A stretch of DNA of 64,000 bases from an uncultured Verrucomicrobiota bacterium (GCA_946186275.1 CAMHMO010000002.1:67436-131435); one strand, 5' to 3'; counted from the stretch's first letter, positions 54,580 through 63,954 are shown. Notes: generated by a model from the letters alone, not told the origin. Made by a program: numbers and translations.

Positions 54580-56927
54580 TCGTCGTCCAGATAAGCTTTT
54601 ATCAACGGGGCGCACGGCAATTGTGCCTCCTCCGTCAGTTCGTACAGCCGTCGGAGCGTGACGTCGTCGTGCGTGTGTTGCGCCAGCATTAGCAGACAGC
54701 GGCTGAACCAATGAATGTCGTTCACGGAAAACGTTTGCGGCTCCTCCGAGAATAAAGGGTAACATTCCGACCACAACCGCGTTTGCAGTTCGGTAATTTT
54801 CCCCTGCTCTTTATAAAGAATTACCAGTTGCAGAGCGATCTCCAGGCGTAACGCCCGCGGAAGGGTTTCCTTCAACAGACTTTCCAGTTGCAGTTGAGAC
54901 AACGCCGTCGGTTGTCCCGATAAAATGGCGCATTTTTGGATCAGATAACGGCACCAAAGTGCTTGTTCGCCTTCCAAATTCGGTAACAAGGCTTCCAAAA
55001 GCGTTTTTGCCTCACCCGCCTTTTGAAGGTTCAGTAACAACGTTCCCTGCCGTAACCGCCCGTCTTTTGCCAACGGATGCTGCGGATTGCTTTCGTACAG
55101 TTTTTCGAACAGCGCAATCGCCTCTTCGGGAGTTTGATTTTTTTCCGCATAATCGGCGGCTCGAAACAGCACCAACGGTTTCCAGTCGCTCGGTGCGTTT
55201 TCGGCAAAGTTTTTTAAGGTTTCCGTCGCTTTTGAAAATTCACCTTTTTCTCCATACAGGTTGCCCTGTAACAACACGGCTTGTGCATTTAAATCCGACG
55301 GAAGGTTCTTTAATTCGAAAAATCGATCCAGGTGATGTTGCGCCGCCGAAAGGTTCGATTGTTCTTTTGCGAGCGTGCTTTGACACAGTAAATAATCCCC
55401 AAACAGGTGATGCGATAAGGTGTCCGTTGCAATTTGTTTCAAAGCCTCGGCGGTTTCGGCAAGGTTACCGAGACGAAGAAAACACTTTCCACGCCACAGG
55501 TACGCGCGACTGCGCAACGAAAATGTGAACATTTGCGGATTTAAGACATTCAATGCCTTTTCGAAATCCTCCTTTTCGAAATGATATTCCGCGAAACTCA
55601 AACGCAGGTGTTGCTCCGTACCGCCCTCAAAAAGGAAACGTTCGCGACAAAAGTTCAGCCGTTGCTCGAATTCTTCCGCCGTTTCATCGCACAAAATGCC
55701 GCATTCGCACCACGTTTCCGCCAGGCGTGATGCGCGTTCGTCTTTCGGATCGGCGTCTCGAAGGGCTTCCCCGCAAATGCGGTCGGCGTGTTGATAATCG
55801 CCTGCCGTGCACAGGCAGTCGCTTTGAACCTGTACGTAAAAAAGACGTTTCGACACATCCAACGTATGGCGGGCGGCTTCACTTAAAGCATCAGTGGTTT
55901 TTGCATAGGACGGCGGCGTTTCGGTTAAAGCAAGTTTGGCGGCAAGTTCATACGCCGACGCCCGCAAAGACGGTTCAAACGTCGAAAGTTCGCCCCCGAG
56001 AACCTCGCGCGCTTTGGTGAACTGCTTCAATTCAAGCCACTGATGCGCCTGTAACAGTCGCAGATAGTGCATTTGAAGCGTTTTGTGCTTTTTTTTGTAA
56101 AGTTCGTAAAATAATTGCAGTTGTCGAAGACGTTCCAACGGATCCGCTTTCGATGCCAACCATTCGCTTACAACGGCGTCCCAAAGCGACGGACAACGGT
56201 CAATCACCGATGCGTGGTTGCGCATCAGATCATCCGTGTTTTCGTTTAATCGATTAAATGTTTTCAGCAACCAAAGCAGACAACGGGCTTTGTCAGTCGA
56301 CGAACGCAACTTCGGCAGAGCGTTAAGAAGGAATTTTTTCAGTTCTTCATACCGTTGCTGAGCTGAAAGGGACGCCGTATAGAATTGCCAAACGCACAGT
56401 TTTTGTTTCGGGGGGAACGATTGCGGAAACATCGAAAATTTCATCTCCAACGCCGTTTGGTACAATGCTTCCGCTTCTTTGAATGTGTGAGTGCTTTTTT
56501 GTCGTTGCCAAAAAGCTGTCCAACGCACGGAACCGATCGGTTCACACAAGATGGTATTTAAATCGCGCAAAAAACATGCCGTCGGATGCGTTTGCGACGA
56601 AAAAAGCAATTTCGTCAGCGAAAGTTTCCCGTCGTTATACCATCCGTCAAGCACATCAAGCCAAGCTCGACACTTATCGTCTTTCGGCAATAGTTGCAAG
56701 TACTGATGCAACGCCTGAAAGTTTTTTCGCAACAGTTCCGCTTCGGCGAGCAAAAGACGACATTCCGCGCCTTTCGGAAGTATATCCAAAGTATAATTTC
56801 GAAGCGAATTTACCGCAAAAAGAGGCAAATTTAACTTAACGGCGATCCGTTCCGCCGGAAAATCCGTCGCGCATCCGAAAAGCGGGTTTGTAAGCAACAA
56901 AAACAGGAAGTATTTTTTCGGCAACAC
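54576..56927 (-). CDS. Large TPR-like helical-repeat lipoprotein (783 aa)
   Basis: It has a signal peptide with lipobox LFGC and repeated A/L/Y-rich helical hairpin patterns (..EAIALFEKLY..P.HPLA..). The call is by pattern only. Confidence 0.6.
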   Translation of the reverse strand: MLPKKYFLFLLLTNPLFGCATDFPAERIAVKLNLPLFAVNSLRNYTLDILPKGAECRLLLAEAELLRKNFQALHQYLQLLPKDDKCRAWLDVLDGWYNDGKLSLTKLLFSSQTHPTACFLRDLNTILCEPIGSVRWTAFWQRQKSTHTFKEAEALYQTALEMKFSMFPQSFPPKQKLCVWQFYTASLSAQQRYEELKKFLLNALPKLRSSTDKARCLLWLLKTFNRLNENTDDLMRNHASVIDRCPSLWDAVVSEWLASKADPLERLRQLQLFYELYKKKHKTLQMHYLRLLQAHQWLELKQFTKAREVLGGELSTFEPSLRASAYELAAKLALTETPPSYAKTTDALSEAARHTLDVSKRLFYVQVQSDCLCTAGDYQHADRICGEALRDADPKDERASRLAETWCECGILCDETAEEFEQRLNFCRERFLFEGGTEQHLRLSFAEYHFEKEDFEKALNVLNPQMFTFSLRSRAYLWRGKCFLRLGNLAETAEALKQIATDTLSHHLFGDYLLCQSTLAKEQSNLSAAQHHLDRFFELKNLPSDLNAQAVLLQGNLYGEKGEFSKATETLKNFAENAPSDWKPLVLFRAADYAEKNQTPEEAIALFEKLYESNPQHPLAKDGRLRQGTLLLNLQKAGEAKTLLEALLPNLEGEQALWCRYLIQKCAILSGQPTALSQLQLESLLKETLPRALRLEIALQLVILYKEQGKITELQTRLWSECYPLFSEEPQTFSVNDIHWFSRCLLMLAQHTHDDVTLRRLYELTEEAQLPCAPLIKAYLDDE

Positions 56928-57009
56928 GCACTATCACTGTTGCGCATTTCTTGTTTCAGAGCAACGCATTTCGGGGATGCGCATGCTTCAGAGCCTTGAA
57001 GGAGAAAGC

Positions 57010-57756
57010 TTACCAATGTTCGACGGATAACACCCGTAAATCCGTTTGTGTGCCGTTCAGTTCGTATATTGCTTCCCGCAATCCCCAGCCCTGCGGGAAT
57101 TTCTTCAGCGTTTTTAATGTAAAACTGCCGCAATAATCGGTTTCAATATCCCGATATTCGGCTTTCAATAAAGTGTTGAAATTTTTATCGAGAAACAAGC
57201 GCGCCGTTTGTTTCCCTTGTTGCACGTCCGCACGAAGCACTTTACGCCCGAATTTGGCGGTTTTAATGCACGTTTGAAGATTCCACGTCAGGAAGGACAT
57301 TGTCAGTAAATACGCATTGAGTGCGCGGTTGACGGATAACGGCTCGCTCCAACGTTCCTGCGGATACAAACAAAGGCGGTTCGGATACAGAACCCATTCG
57401 GGATTATTTTTGTCGAACAAAAACGTTTCACCCGATGCGAAAATAATTGTTACCCAATGATGCTCGCCTTCGACACTTCCCGTGAGTGTTCCGAAGGCAA
57501 CGCGCTTTTTTTGTTTCCAACAGAGATGCCAGCGATAGTGCTTACTCGGGGCGTAGGTTCGCAAGGCAATCATACGCTGTTGCGCTTCCCGAAAAAGTTC
57601 GGAAGTACTTGTACCGACGGCGGGCGATGAAGCGTGCGAAAAATTTTCGGTGAACATCAAACCGGAAATGATGCCGACAAGGTAAAATAACTGTTGATTT
57701 TTGAGAAACCCATTTCGCAATAAGGAAAAACAAAATCGTCTCAGGAGGTGAAACAT
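57010..57756 (-). CDS. Hypothetical exported protein (248 aa), possibly with a LolA/lipoprotein-sorting-like fold
   Basis: It has an N-terminal hydrophobic segment, and a beta-rich sequence follows. The fold assignment is a weak guess. Confidence 0.45.
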   Translation of the reverse strand: MFHLLRRFCFSLLRNGFLKNQQLFYLVGIISGLMFTENFSHASSPAVGTSTSELFREAQQRMIALRTYAPSKHYRWHLCWKQKKRVAFGTLTGSVEGEHHWVTIIFASGETFLFDKNNPEWVLYPNRLCLYPQERWSEPLSVNRALNAYLLTMSFLTWNLQTCIKTAKFGRKVLRADVQQGKQTARLFLDKNFNTLLKAEYRDIETDYCGSFTLKTLKKFPQGWGLREAIYELNGTQTDLRVLSVEHW

Positions 57757-57844
57757 AATCTTCGGAAAAACGTCCCGTTAAAAGAACACGACAACCGCCT
57801 GCGATGAGCACAACTGCAGAAGTGTTCGCCCGATAACTTTCGCT

Positions 57845-58501
57845 TTATCGTGAAGCTCCCTCTTTTGCTTCGGCACTCTTGGAGCTAACCTTGCCTGACG
57901 AAGGGGATTTGCGTTTAGTGTTCTTTTTTGTGTCCGAACGATAGGAAATTTTGGATTTTGAAGCTTTTTTCGAGATATCGCCTGTTGCGACGGCGTCCGA
58001 TGCTTTCGAAGCGTTGTTATCATTTGCGGGTGACGCTTGTTTCGACGTATCGGGAACAGCCGATTTTGCCGTATCGGCTTTTGGAGTTTCCGCATTTGAA
58101 GTTTCGTTCGCCTTCAAATCTTTACCGTCCGCAGGTTTCTTCGTCGCATCCGCTTTCGCCTTGTCGACATCCGTCGGCAATTCCGTCAGACTTTTCGTTG
58201 TTTCGGGAACCTCTTCCGCCATGGGTGCGAGTTCCTTTTTACTGTCGTCGTGATGATGGCGGTAAATTTGCCCCAATGACAGCGTCAGCGTCAAAACAAA
58301 GAAGCCGATGACGCCGTAGACCGTCCAGCGCGTCAGAACATTGGACGCTTCGCCGCCGAACGCCGACTCCGCCGCACCGCCGCCGAGTGCCGCTCCCATC
58401 CCGGCGTTCGCGCTCGGTTTCTGCATCAAAATCAGCAAAATCAACCAGGCGCACAGGAGAAGGAGTGCCGCCGACCCGACCACAATAAAGAATGTCAGCA
58501 T
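57845..58501 (-). CDS. secG: Preprotein translocase subunit SecG with a ~130-aa K/A/S/D-rich C-terminal extension
   Basis: The sequence is MLTFFIVVGSAALLLLCAWLILLILMQKPSANAGMGAALGGGAAESAFGG...VYGVIGFFVLTLTLSL, giving two TM helices and a Gly-rich loop. I chose the ATG at 58501 as the start. Confidence 0.75.
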   Translation of the reverse strand: MLTFFIVVGSAALLLLCAWLILLILMQKPSANAGMGAALGGGAAESAFGGEASNVLTRWTVYGVIGFFVLTLTLSLGQIYRHHHDDSKKELAPMAEEVPETTKSLTELPTDVDKAKADATKKPADGKDLKANETSNAETPKADTAKSAVPDTSKQASPANDNNASKASDAVATGDISKKASKSKISYRSDTKKNTKRKSPSSGKVSSKSAEAKEGASR

Positions 58502-58793
58502 AAAACGAACCGTTTTTATTACATGTACCGTTCGGCGGGCTTGTAAAGTTTTTTGTGTTTTTGAAGCTTGTTTTTCGAAAAACGGACGATTTATATTACT
58601 GATGTGAATATGTACTTCGAAGACACGATTGGTTTCAAGGATCTCGCCGTTTCGTTTCGCGATTTGTTTGTCGGGTTTCGGAAAAATGCGACAAAACGCG
58701 AAAAAGACTTGACAATAACCTCCGCGGTTAAGAGTATTGCGCCGGTGGGTTGCACCGGCAGGCAAAGTTTTTGAGAGAGGAGAAAAGAGGAAT

Positions 58794-61700
58794 ATGAAAT
58801 TCGGAGCGGGAATGTTTGGGTTGGGCACCGGCGTGAAGGTTGTTGTCGGCGCGGGTGTGGGTTATGTGGGAACGGTTTTCTTTCAGTCGTACAGTCCTTT
58901 GCCGACACCGGAGAAGCCGAACGAGGTTCATGAGGAGCGTGACAATTTAAAAAGGCTGGATTTTGATGTTCGGAAGCTGTCCGAAGAATTGGCTAAGAAA
59001 GAACGGGAGCTGAAGGCGCGCGAGCAGGCGCTGGCGCAGGCGGAAGCGTCTCTGAAAGTCGCGAAAGCGGTGGCGGAACGCGGACAGACGGAGGTTGTTC
59101 GGGAGGTTGTTGACGGTACGGAAACCGTGACGGTTGTTGAGGAAATGCCCGAAGAAAACAAACCGGTGCGTTCGACGGATCCGGTGCGTCCGACAATACC
59201 CGAACCGGTATATGAAGCGCCGCGTCGTCCGGCGGTTTCCGACGGAGGCGGAAGCGCGCCCGTTGTGTCGGCGTCGTCCGGTACCGTTCTTCTATATTTT
59301 CAGGATCCTGTTTCCGGTTCCGTTACGCAACGTGTTGTCTCGAGGGATATCGCGGAGGAAATCAAGCGGCTGAGAGACTTATTGAAGCAATTGGAGAAGG
59401 AGAAACGGGAACTTGAAAACGGCAAGGAGGGTTCCGATGCGGACATTAAGGCGAAGGAGGGTGAGATAATCGCGCTGAAATCTCAACTGGCGAATTTCGA
59501 GGAAAAGGCGGACGTTTTGACGAAGCAGCTGACGGAGGCGGAAAAAGAAAAAGATGAGCAACGCAAAAAGGCGGAAAAAGATGAGGAAAGTGCGTATTTG
59601 AGAGGGAAGATTGAAGGACGGACGGCTCCTGCTGCGGAGGCAAGAGCGTTGAGAAAAGAAAAGCGGGAGGCGAACGATAAAATAAGCAGGCAGAGCGACG
59701 AAATCAACAGGCAGAAGAGCTTATTGGATCAATTACAGAAAGATTACGATGAGCAACGGGACAAGAATGCCGAGGAGCAACGGAGATTGAAAAGCGACCT
59801 GCTTCGGTTACAGAAAAACAACAGGAAGCTTAAGCAAGAGAAACGGGAACAGGAAGAGCTGAAAGACGGTGCACAAAGCGAACTGCTCGGCGTTAAGAGC
59901 AGTTTGATGCGTTTAAGTAAGGAGAAGAAGAAGGTTGATGATGAGAATAGCCGGAAAGACGTTGATATAGGCACTCTGCGCTCGGAACTGGTGATTTCGG
60001 AGAAAAGCAGGAAAGATTTTGAGGACGATAACAGGCGGCAGGAAGAGGAGATTACCGCTCTGAAAAGTCGGGTGGATATTTTGATGCGGGAGAAGCAGGA
60101 TGTCAATAAAGACAATGCCGACAAAGATGCCGAGATAAACAATCAGAAGACTGCATTGGATCGGTTACAGAGGAATTTTGAGGACGAAAAGAAGAAGCGC
60201 AAGAGTGCGGAAGATAACAACGAGAAGAATAATAAAGAAATAGAGGAGTTGAAGAAGAAGAAGACGGAAGAAGAGAATAAGAATAAGGATAAGGATGCTG
60301 AAATATCCAAATTGAAGGCTGAACTTTTGAGTTTACACAATCAGAAGCAACAACATGACAATGACAAGAAAAGTCTGACGGACGACTACAACAAGCTGTT
60401 GACTGACTTCAAGAATTTGGAGAAGAAGGCGAAGAAAGCGGAGGAAGAGGGCAAGGAAAACGCCGGTAAAGCAGATAAAATGAGACTGCAGTTGCTAGAG
60501 TCAGTAGAAGCTCGAATTCAATTGAAGAAGAGCTTGGATGAAGAGCAGAAGAAGGGCAAGGAAGCTGAGGATGACAATAAGAAGAAAGCTGAGAAAATAG
60601 AGGATTTGGAGAATAAGAACAAGGATTTGGAGAAGAAAAACGGAGACAAAGATGCCAAGATAAACAATCAGAATACTGAATTGGAGCTGTTGCGGAAGAA
60701 TTTGGAGGACGAGAAGAAGAAAAACGGGAAAGCGGCGGAAGATAATGAGAAGAATAACCAGACAATAATTCAATTACGGAATGCTTTTACGGATTTCCAA
60801 AACAATGCGAGTTCTCAGAAGGAGAACGATGATAATGAAAAGAAAGCTCTGAAAAACCGGTACGATACGTTGTTGCTTGATTACCAGGGTTTGAAGAAGA
60901 AGGCGGAGGAGTTGGGAAAAAAGAAAGCGAATGCGGCAGCGGACGCGAACAAGTGGTACTTGGAATTTGCGAACATGCGGAAGGGGAAAAATGCCGCGGA
61001 GAAGAAGACGAAAGATACGAGTGATGCCTTGGAGGACGAGAAGAAGAAGAACAAGGATTTGGAGAAGAAAAACGGAGACAAAGATGCCAAGATAAACAAT
61101 CAGAATACTGAATTGGAGCTGTTGCGGAAGAATTTTGAGGACGAGAAGAAGAAAAACGTGAAAGCGGCGGAAGATTTGGAAACGGAGAAGAACAGGAACA
61201 AGGATTTGGAGGATGAGAAGAAGAAAACGGATAATGATTTGGAGGATGAGAAAAAGAAGCGCGCGGAGGCGGAGGGGCGGGTGTCTTTCCTGAACTCTCA
61301 ATTGATGATTTTAACGAACGAGAAGAAGGATTTGGATGATGCTTTTAACGCGGAGAAGAAGAAGAGCGAGGATTGGAAGAAGAAGGCGGATAATGATTTG
61401 GAGGATGAGAAAAAGAAGCGCGCGGAGGCGGAGGAGCGGGTGTCTTCCCTGAACTCTCAATTGGAGATTTTAACGAACGAGAAGAAGGATTTGGATGATG
61501 CTTTTAACGCGGAGAAGAAGAAGAGCGAGGATTGGAAGAAGAAGGCGGATGATGTCGAGAGGGAAAACGAAGAGAAGGATATCGAGATAAACAATCAGAA
61601 GAACACATTGGAGCAGTTACAGAGGGAGTTTGATGCGGAGAAGGAGAAAAACAGGAAGGCGGAGGAGGAATTGGAAGCGGAGAAGAAGAAGGCGGATGAT

Positions 61701-63884
61701 GCCGAGAAGGAAAAGGGAGAGAAGGATGCCGAGATAAACAAACAGAGGACTGCATTGGAGCAGTTACGGAGGGAATTGGAGGATGAGAAGGAGAAAAACA
61801 AGCAAGCGACGGAAGATAATGCGGAGAAAGGCGAGACGATTATTCAATTGAGGGCTAATTTTGCGCAATTACAAAAGAAGGCGAACTTTCAGAAGGAGAA
61901 CGATGATACGGAGAAGAAAAAGCTGACAAGTGATTATGACGATCTGATGATCCGTTTCAAAAGTTTGGAGCAGAAGAAGAAGGCTTCGGATGAGGAATTG
62001 GAAACGGAGAGGAAGAAGAACAAGAGTGCGGAAGATGACAACGAGAAGAAGAATAAAGAAATAGAGGAGTTGAAGAAGAAGAACAAGGATTTGGAGAAGA
62101 AAAACGGAGAAAAAGATACCAAGATAAACAATCAGAATACTGAATTGGAGCTGTTGCGGAAGAATTTGGAGGACGAGCAGAAGAAAAACGGGAAAGCGGC
62201 GGAGGAATTGGAAGCGGAGAGGAAGAAGAACAAGGATTTGGAGAACGAGAAGAAGAAGGCGGATGATGAAAACGGGAAGAAGCGTGAGGAAATAGAACGG
62301 TTGCAAAACGTCCTGAACGATAAGGAACAGGGGTGGAAAAATAAGGAAGATGAGCTGAACGGGAAGACGTCGGAATTGGAGGAGTGGAGGAAGAAATTGG
62401 AAAAATTACAAAATGATCTGAACGCCAAAGAGCAGAAATTGCGGAAGCAAGAGGAGCGGTTGGGAATAGAATCCTACATTTTACAACAGACTAAAAATGA
62501 TCTGTTTTTCAAGGCGGAGGTTCTGGAGCAACGGATTAATGGTCTGGAAAAAGATCGACTGGCGTTTGAGCAGGCGCGGGAGAAGTGGATGCAAACAAAG
62601 AGCAAAGAAGAAAAGGAAATTGAGAATATTAAGAAGCGTTTGAAAGAGGAAGAAGAACACCTGAAAAAATTGAAGAGCGATTTGGAAAAAAAGGAGCGGG
62701 AGTTGCAGGAACTTTCGAATAAAAATAAGTCAGACGCTCTCAATTTGCAGAAAGATAAAGATGAATTTGAGAAAAACAAAGATGATTGGGAAAAGCGAAA
62801 GAATGAAGAGGAAAAGGATTTGAAAAAACGGAAAGGGGATGCGGATAAGAGAGATGGCGATTTGCTGAAGCGCGAGCAAAAACTCGCAGAGGAGCTGAAA
62901 AAACTGAAGAAAGAGCGGGATGATTTTGAAAAGATGAAGAACGATTGGCGTTATTCCACTTTGCAAACAGAGAGTGAGATGCAGGAGTTGATCGGGAAGA
63001 ACTCCAAAAGGGCAAAGGATGCGGAAAACGCAATAAAGGAGTTGGGCGATTTTAAGAAAACAAAGAGGGAACTTGAGGACATGAGGAAAAAGAACTCTGA
63101 CATAATGAAAAAGCTCAAGGAACAAAAAGAGCAGATTGAGTCGAAAAATAAGCAGCTTTCCGAATTACATGAGGCGCATGAAACAGAGAAGACGAAGCGC
63201 ATAGAAGCACAAGAAAAATTAACAAAGATGAGTCTGAATTTAAGTAATGCGAAGCGGAAAGCGGGTGATGCGATGCACAGAGCCAAAAAAGCGGAAGAAA
63301 CAAACGAGTATTACGGTAGGGTGATTGTGGATGCGGACAAGACAATTCGGGACTATGCTAGAAAGGAGGCGAAAGATAATTCCTTCAGGGCAGTGGAACA
63401 GGCGAAGAATAAAAGTTTTAATAACGATAAGAGTTTCGATCGTGTCGATCCCTTCGATAGGGATGTTAACGTTTTTGAAAACGAAGAAAAGGCATCGGAG
63501 ATAGCCGAGAGAATGAGGCGCGGGCTCATTGAAAAATACAAAGACAAGGTAAAGTTTTCGGATATACCGGTCGAAGAGTTTACGGATATGTTGCTGAAAT
63601 GTGTCAAAGTCGGATGCAATCTGCTTAGGGACTTCGAGACCGTTGCGACGCGTTCTTCTTCGATCGGGAAAAGAGAAGATAAAAAGACAACGGAGTCGGA
63701 AACGTTCGTCGCTTTGAGGAACGAGGGGGTTCTGGCGCCGGAGACTAATTTTAAAAAGATAAATAATCATGTCTCAAACTCTTCGGCAAAAAAACGCGGT
63801 ACGAAACCTAAGATTTCAGTAAAAGACAAAAGAAACGATAAAGGAAGCATGCCGTACTTGAAAAAAACAAAGGCCGTAAAATAG
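58794..63884 (+). CDS. Giant membrane-anchored K/E-rich coiled-coil repeat protein (1696 aa)
   Basis: The ATG at 58794 follows a purine-rich Shine-Dalgarno (AGAGGAGAAAAGAGGA). The N-terminal G-rich hydrophobic segment is MKFGAGMFGLGTGVKVVVGAGVGYVGTVFF. About 1300 aa of heptad-like repeats follow, including near-identical DNA repeats, and there is a ~200-aa non-repetitive basic C-terminus. Confidence 0.8.
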   Translation: MKFGAGMFGLGTGVKVVVGAGVGYVGTVFFQSYSPLPTPEKPNEVHEERDNLKRLDFDVRKLSEELAKKERELKAREQALAQAEASLKVAKAVAERGQTEVVREVVDGTETVTVVEEMPEENKPVRSTDPVRPTIPEPVYEAPRRPAVSDGGGSAPVVSASSGTVLLYFQDPVSGSVTQRVVSRDIAEEIKRLRDLLKQLEKEKRELENGKEGSDADIKAKEGEIIALKSQLANFEEKADVLTKQLTEAEKEKDEQRKKAEKDEESAYLRGKIEGRTAPAAEARALRKEKREANDKISRQSDEINRQKSLLDQLQKDYDEQRDKNAEEQRRLKSDLLRLQKNNRKLKQEKREQEELKDGAQSELLGVKSSLMRLSKEKKKVDDENSRKDVDIGTLRSELVISEKSRKDFEDDNRRQEEEITALKSRVDILMREKQDVNKDNADKDAEINNQKTALDRLQRNFEDEKKKRKSAEDNNEKNNKEIEELKKKKTEEENKNKDKDAEISKLKAELLSLHNQKQQHDNDKKSLTDDYNKLLTDFKNLEKKAKKAEEEGKENAGKADKMRLQLLESVEARIQLKKSLDEEQKKGKEAEDDNKKKAEKIEDLENKNKDLEKKNGDKDAKINNQNTELELLRKNLEDEKKKNGKAAEDNEKNNQTIIQLRNAFTDFQNNASSQKENDDNEKKALKNRYDTLLLDYQGLKKKAEELGKKKANAAADANKWYLEFANMRKGKNAAEKKTKDTSDALEDEKKKNKDLEKKNGDKDAKINNQNTELELLRKNFEDEKKKNVKAAEDLETEKNRNKDLEDEKKKTDNDLEDEKKKRAEAEGRVSFLNSQLMILTNEKKDLDDAFNAEKKKSEDWKKKADNDLEDEKKKRAEAEERVSSLNSQLEILTNEKKDLDDAFNAEKKKSEDWKKKADDVERENEEKDIEINNQKNTLEQLQREFDAEKEKNRKAEEELEAEKKKADDAEKEKGEKDAEINKQRTALEQLRRELEDEKEKNKQATEDNAEKGETIIQLRANFAQLQKKANFQKENDDTEKKKLTSDYDDLMIRFKSLEQKKKASDEELETERKKNKSAEDDNEKKNKEIEELKKKNKDLEKKNGEKDTKINNQNTELELLRKNLEDEQKKNGKAAEELEAERKKNKDLENEKKKADDENGKKREEIERLQNVLNDKEQGWKNKEDELNGKTSELEEWRKKLEKLQNDLNAKEQKLRKQEERLGIESYILQQTKNDLFFKAEVLEQRINGLEKDRLAFEQAREKWMQTKSKEEKEIENIKKRLKEEEEHLKKLKSDLEKKERELQELSNKNKSDALNLQKDKDEFEKNKDDWEKRKNEEEKDLKKRKGDADKRDGDLLKREQKLAEELKKLKKERDDFEKMKNDWRYSTLQTESEMQELIGKNSKRAKDAENAIKELGDFKKTKRELEDMRKKNSDIMKKLKEQKEQIESKNKQLSELHEAHETEKTKRIEAQEKLTKMSLNLSNAKRKAGDAMHRAKKAEETNEYYGRVIVDADKTIRDYARKEAKDNSFRAVEQAKNKSFNNDKSFDRVDPFDRDVNVFENEEKASEIAERMRRGLIEKYKDKVKFSDIPVEEFTDMLLKCVKVGCNLLRDFETVATRSSSIGKREDKKTTESETFVALRNEGVLAPETNFKKINNHVSNSSAKKRGTKPKISVKDKRNDKGSMPYLKKTKAVK
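60611..60743 (+). repeat. Dispersed 133-bp intragenic repeat, copy A1
   Basis: It encodes KNKDLEKKNGDKDAKINNQNTELELLRKNLEDEKKKNGKAAED. It differs from copy A2 at 3 positions and lies 432 nt upstream of it. Confidence 0.9.
61043..61175 (+). repeat. Dispersed 133-bp intragenic repeat, copy A2
   Basis: The sequence is the same as A1 except for 3 mismatches, by direct comparison. Confidence 0.9.
61228..61545 (+). repeat. Tandem 159-bp (53-codon) intragenic repeat x2
   Basis: The units 61228-61386 and 61387-61545 encode DNDLEDEKKKRAEAE(G/E)RVS(F/S)LNSQL(M/E)ILTNEKKDLDDAFNAEKKKSEDWKKKA. They differ at only about 4 nt. Confidence 0.9.
62075..62203 (+). repeat. Dispersed intragenic repeat, copy A3 (slightly more diverged)
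   Basis: It encodes KNKDLEKKNGEKDTKINNQNTELELLRKNLEDEQKKNGKAAEE and lies 1464 nt from A1, in frame. Confidence 0.85.
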
Positions 63885-63925
63885 CGGGTATTTTGACGGT
63901 TTTGTAAAGTGCTTTGATTGTGTGT

Positions 63926-63954
63926 TGCCCGTCGACGGACGGGCACGTTTTTTT
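63926..63954 (+). terminator. Rho-independent terminator after the coiled-coil gene
   Basis: TGCCCGTC (63926-63933), loop GACG, then GACGGGCA (63938-63945), followed by CG and T7. Confidence 0.8.

Noticed and set aside
59379-63770. Many antisense and alternative-frame ORFs (60-176 aa) inside the coiled-coil gene
   Set aside because: They are shadows of the purine-rich, repeat-rich sense strand, with S/F/L-rich products and no starts with plausible ribosome-binding sites. The 5.1-kb sense ORF explains the region.
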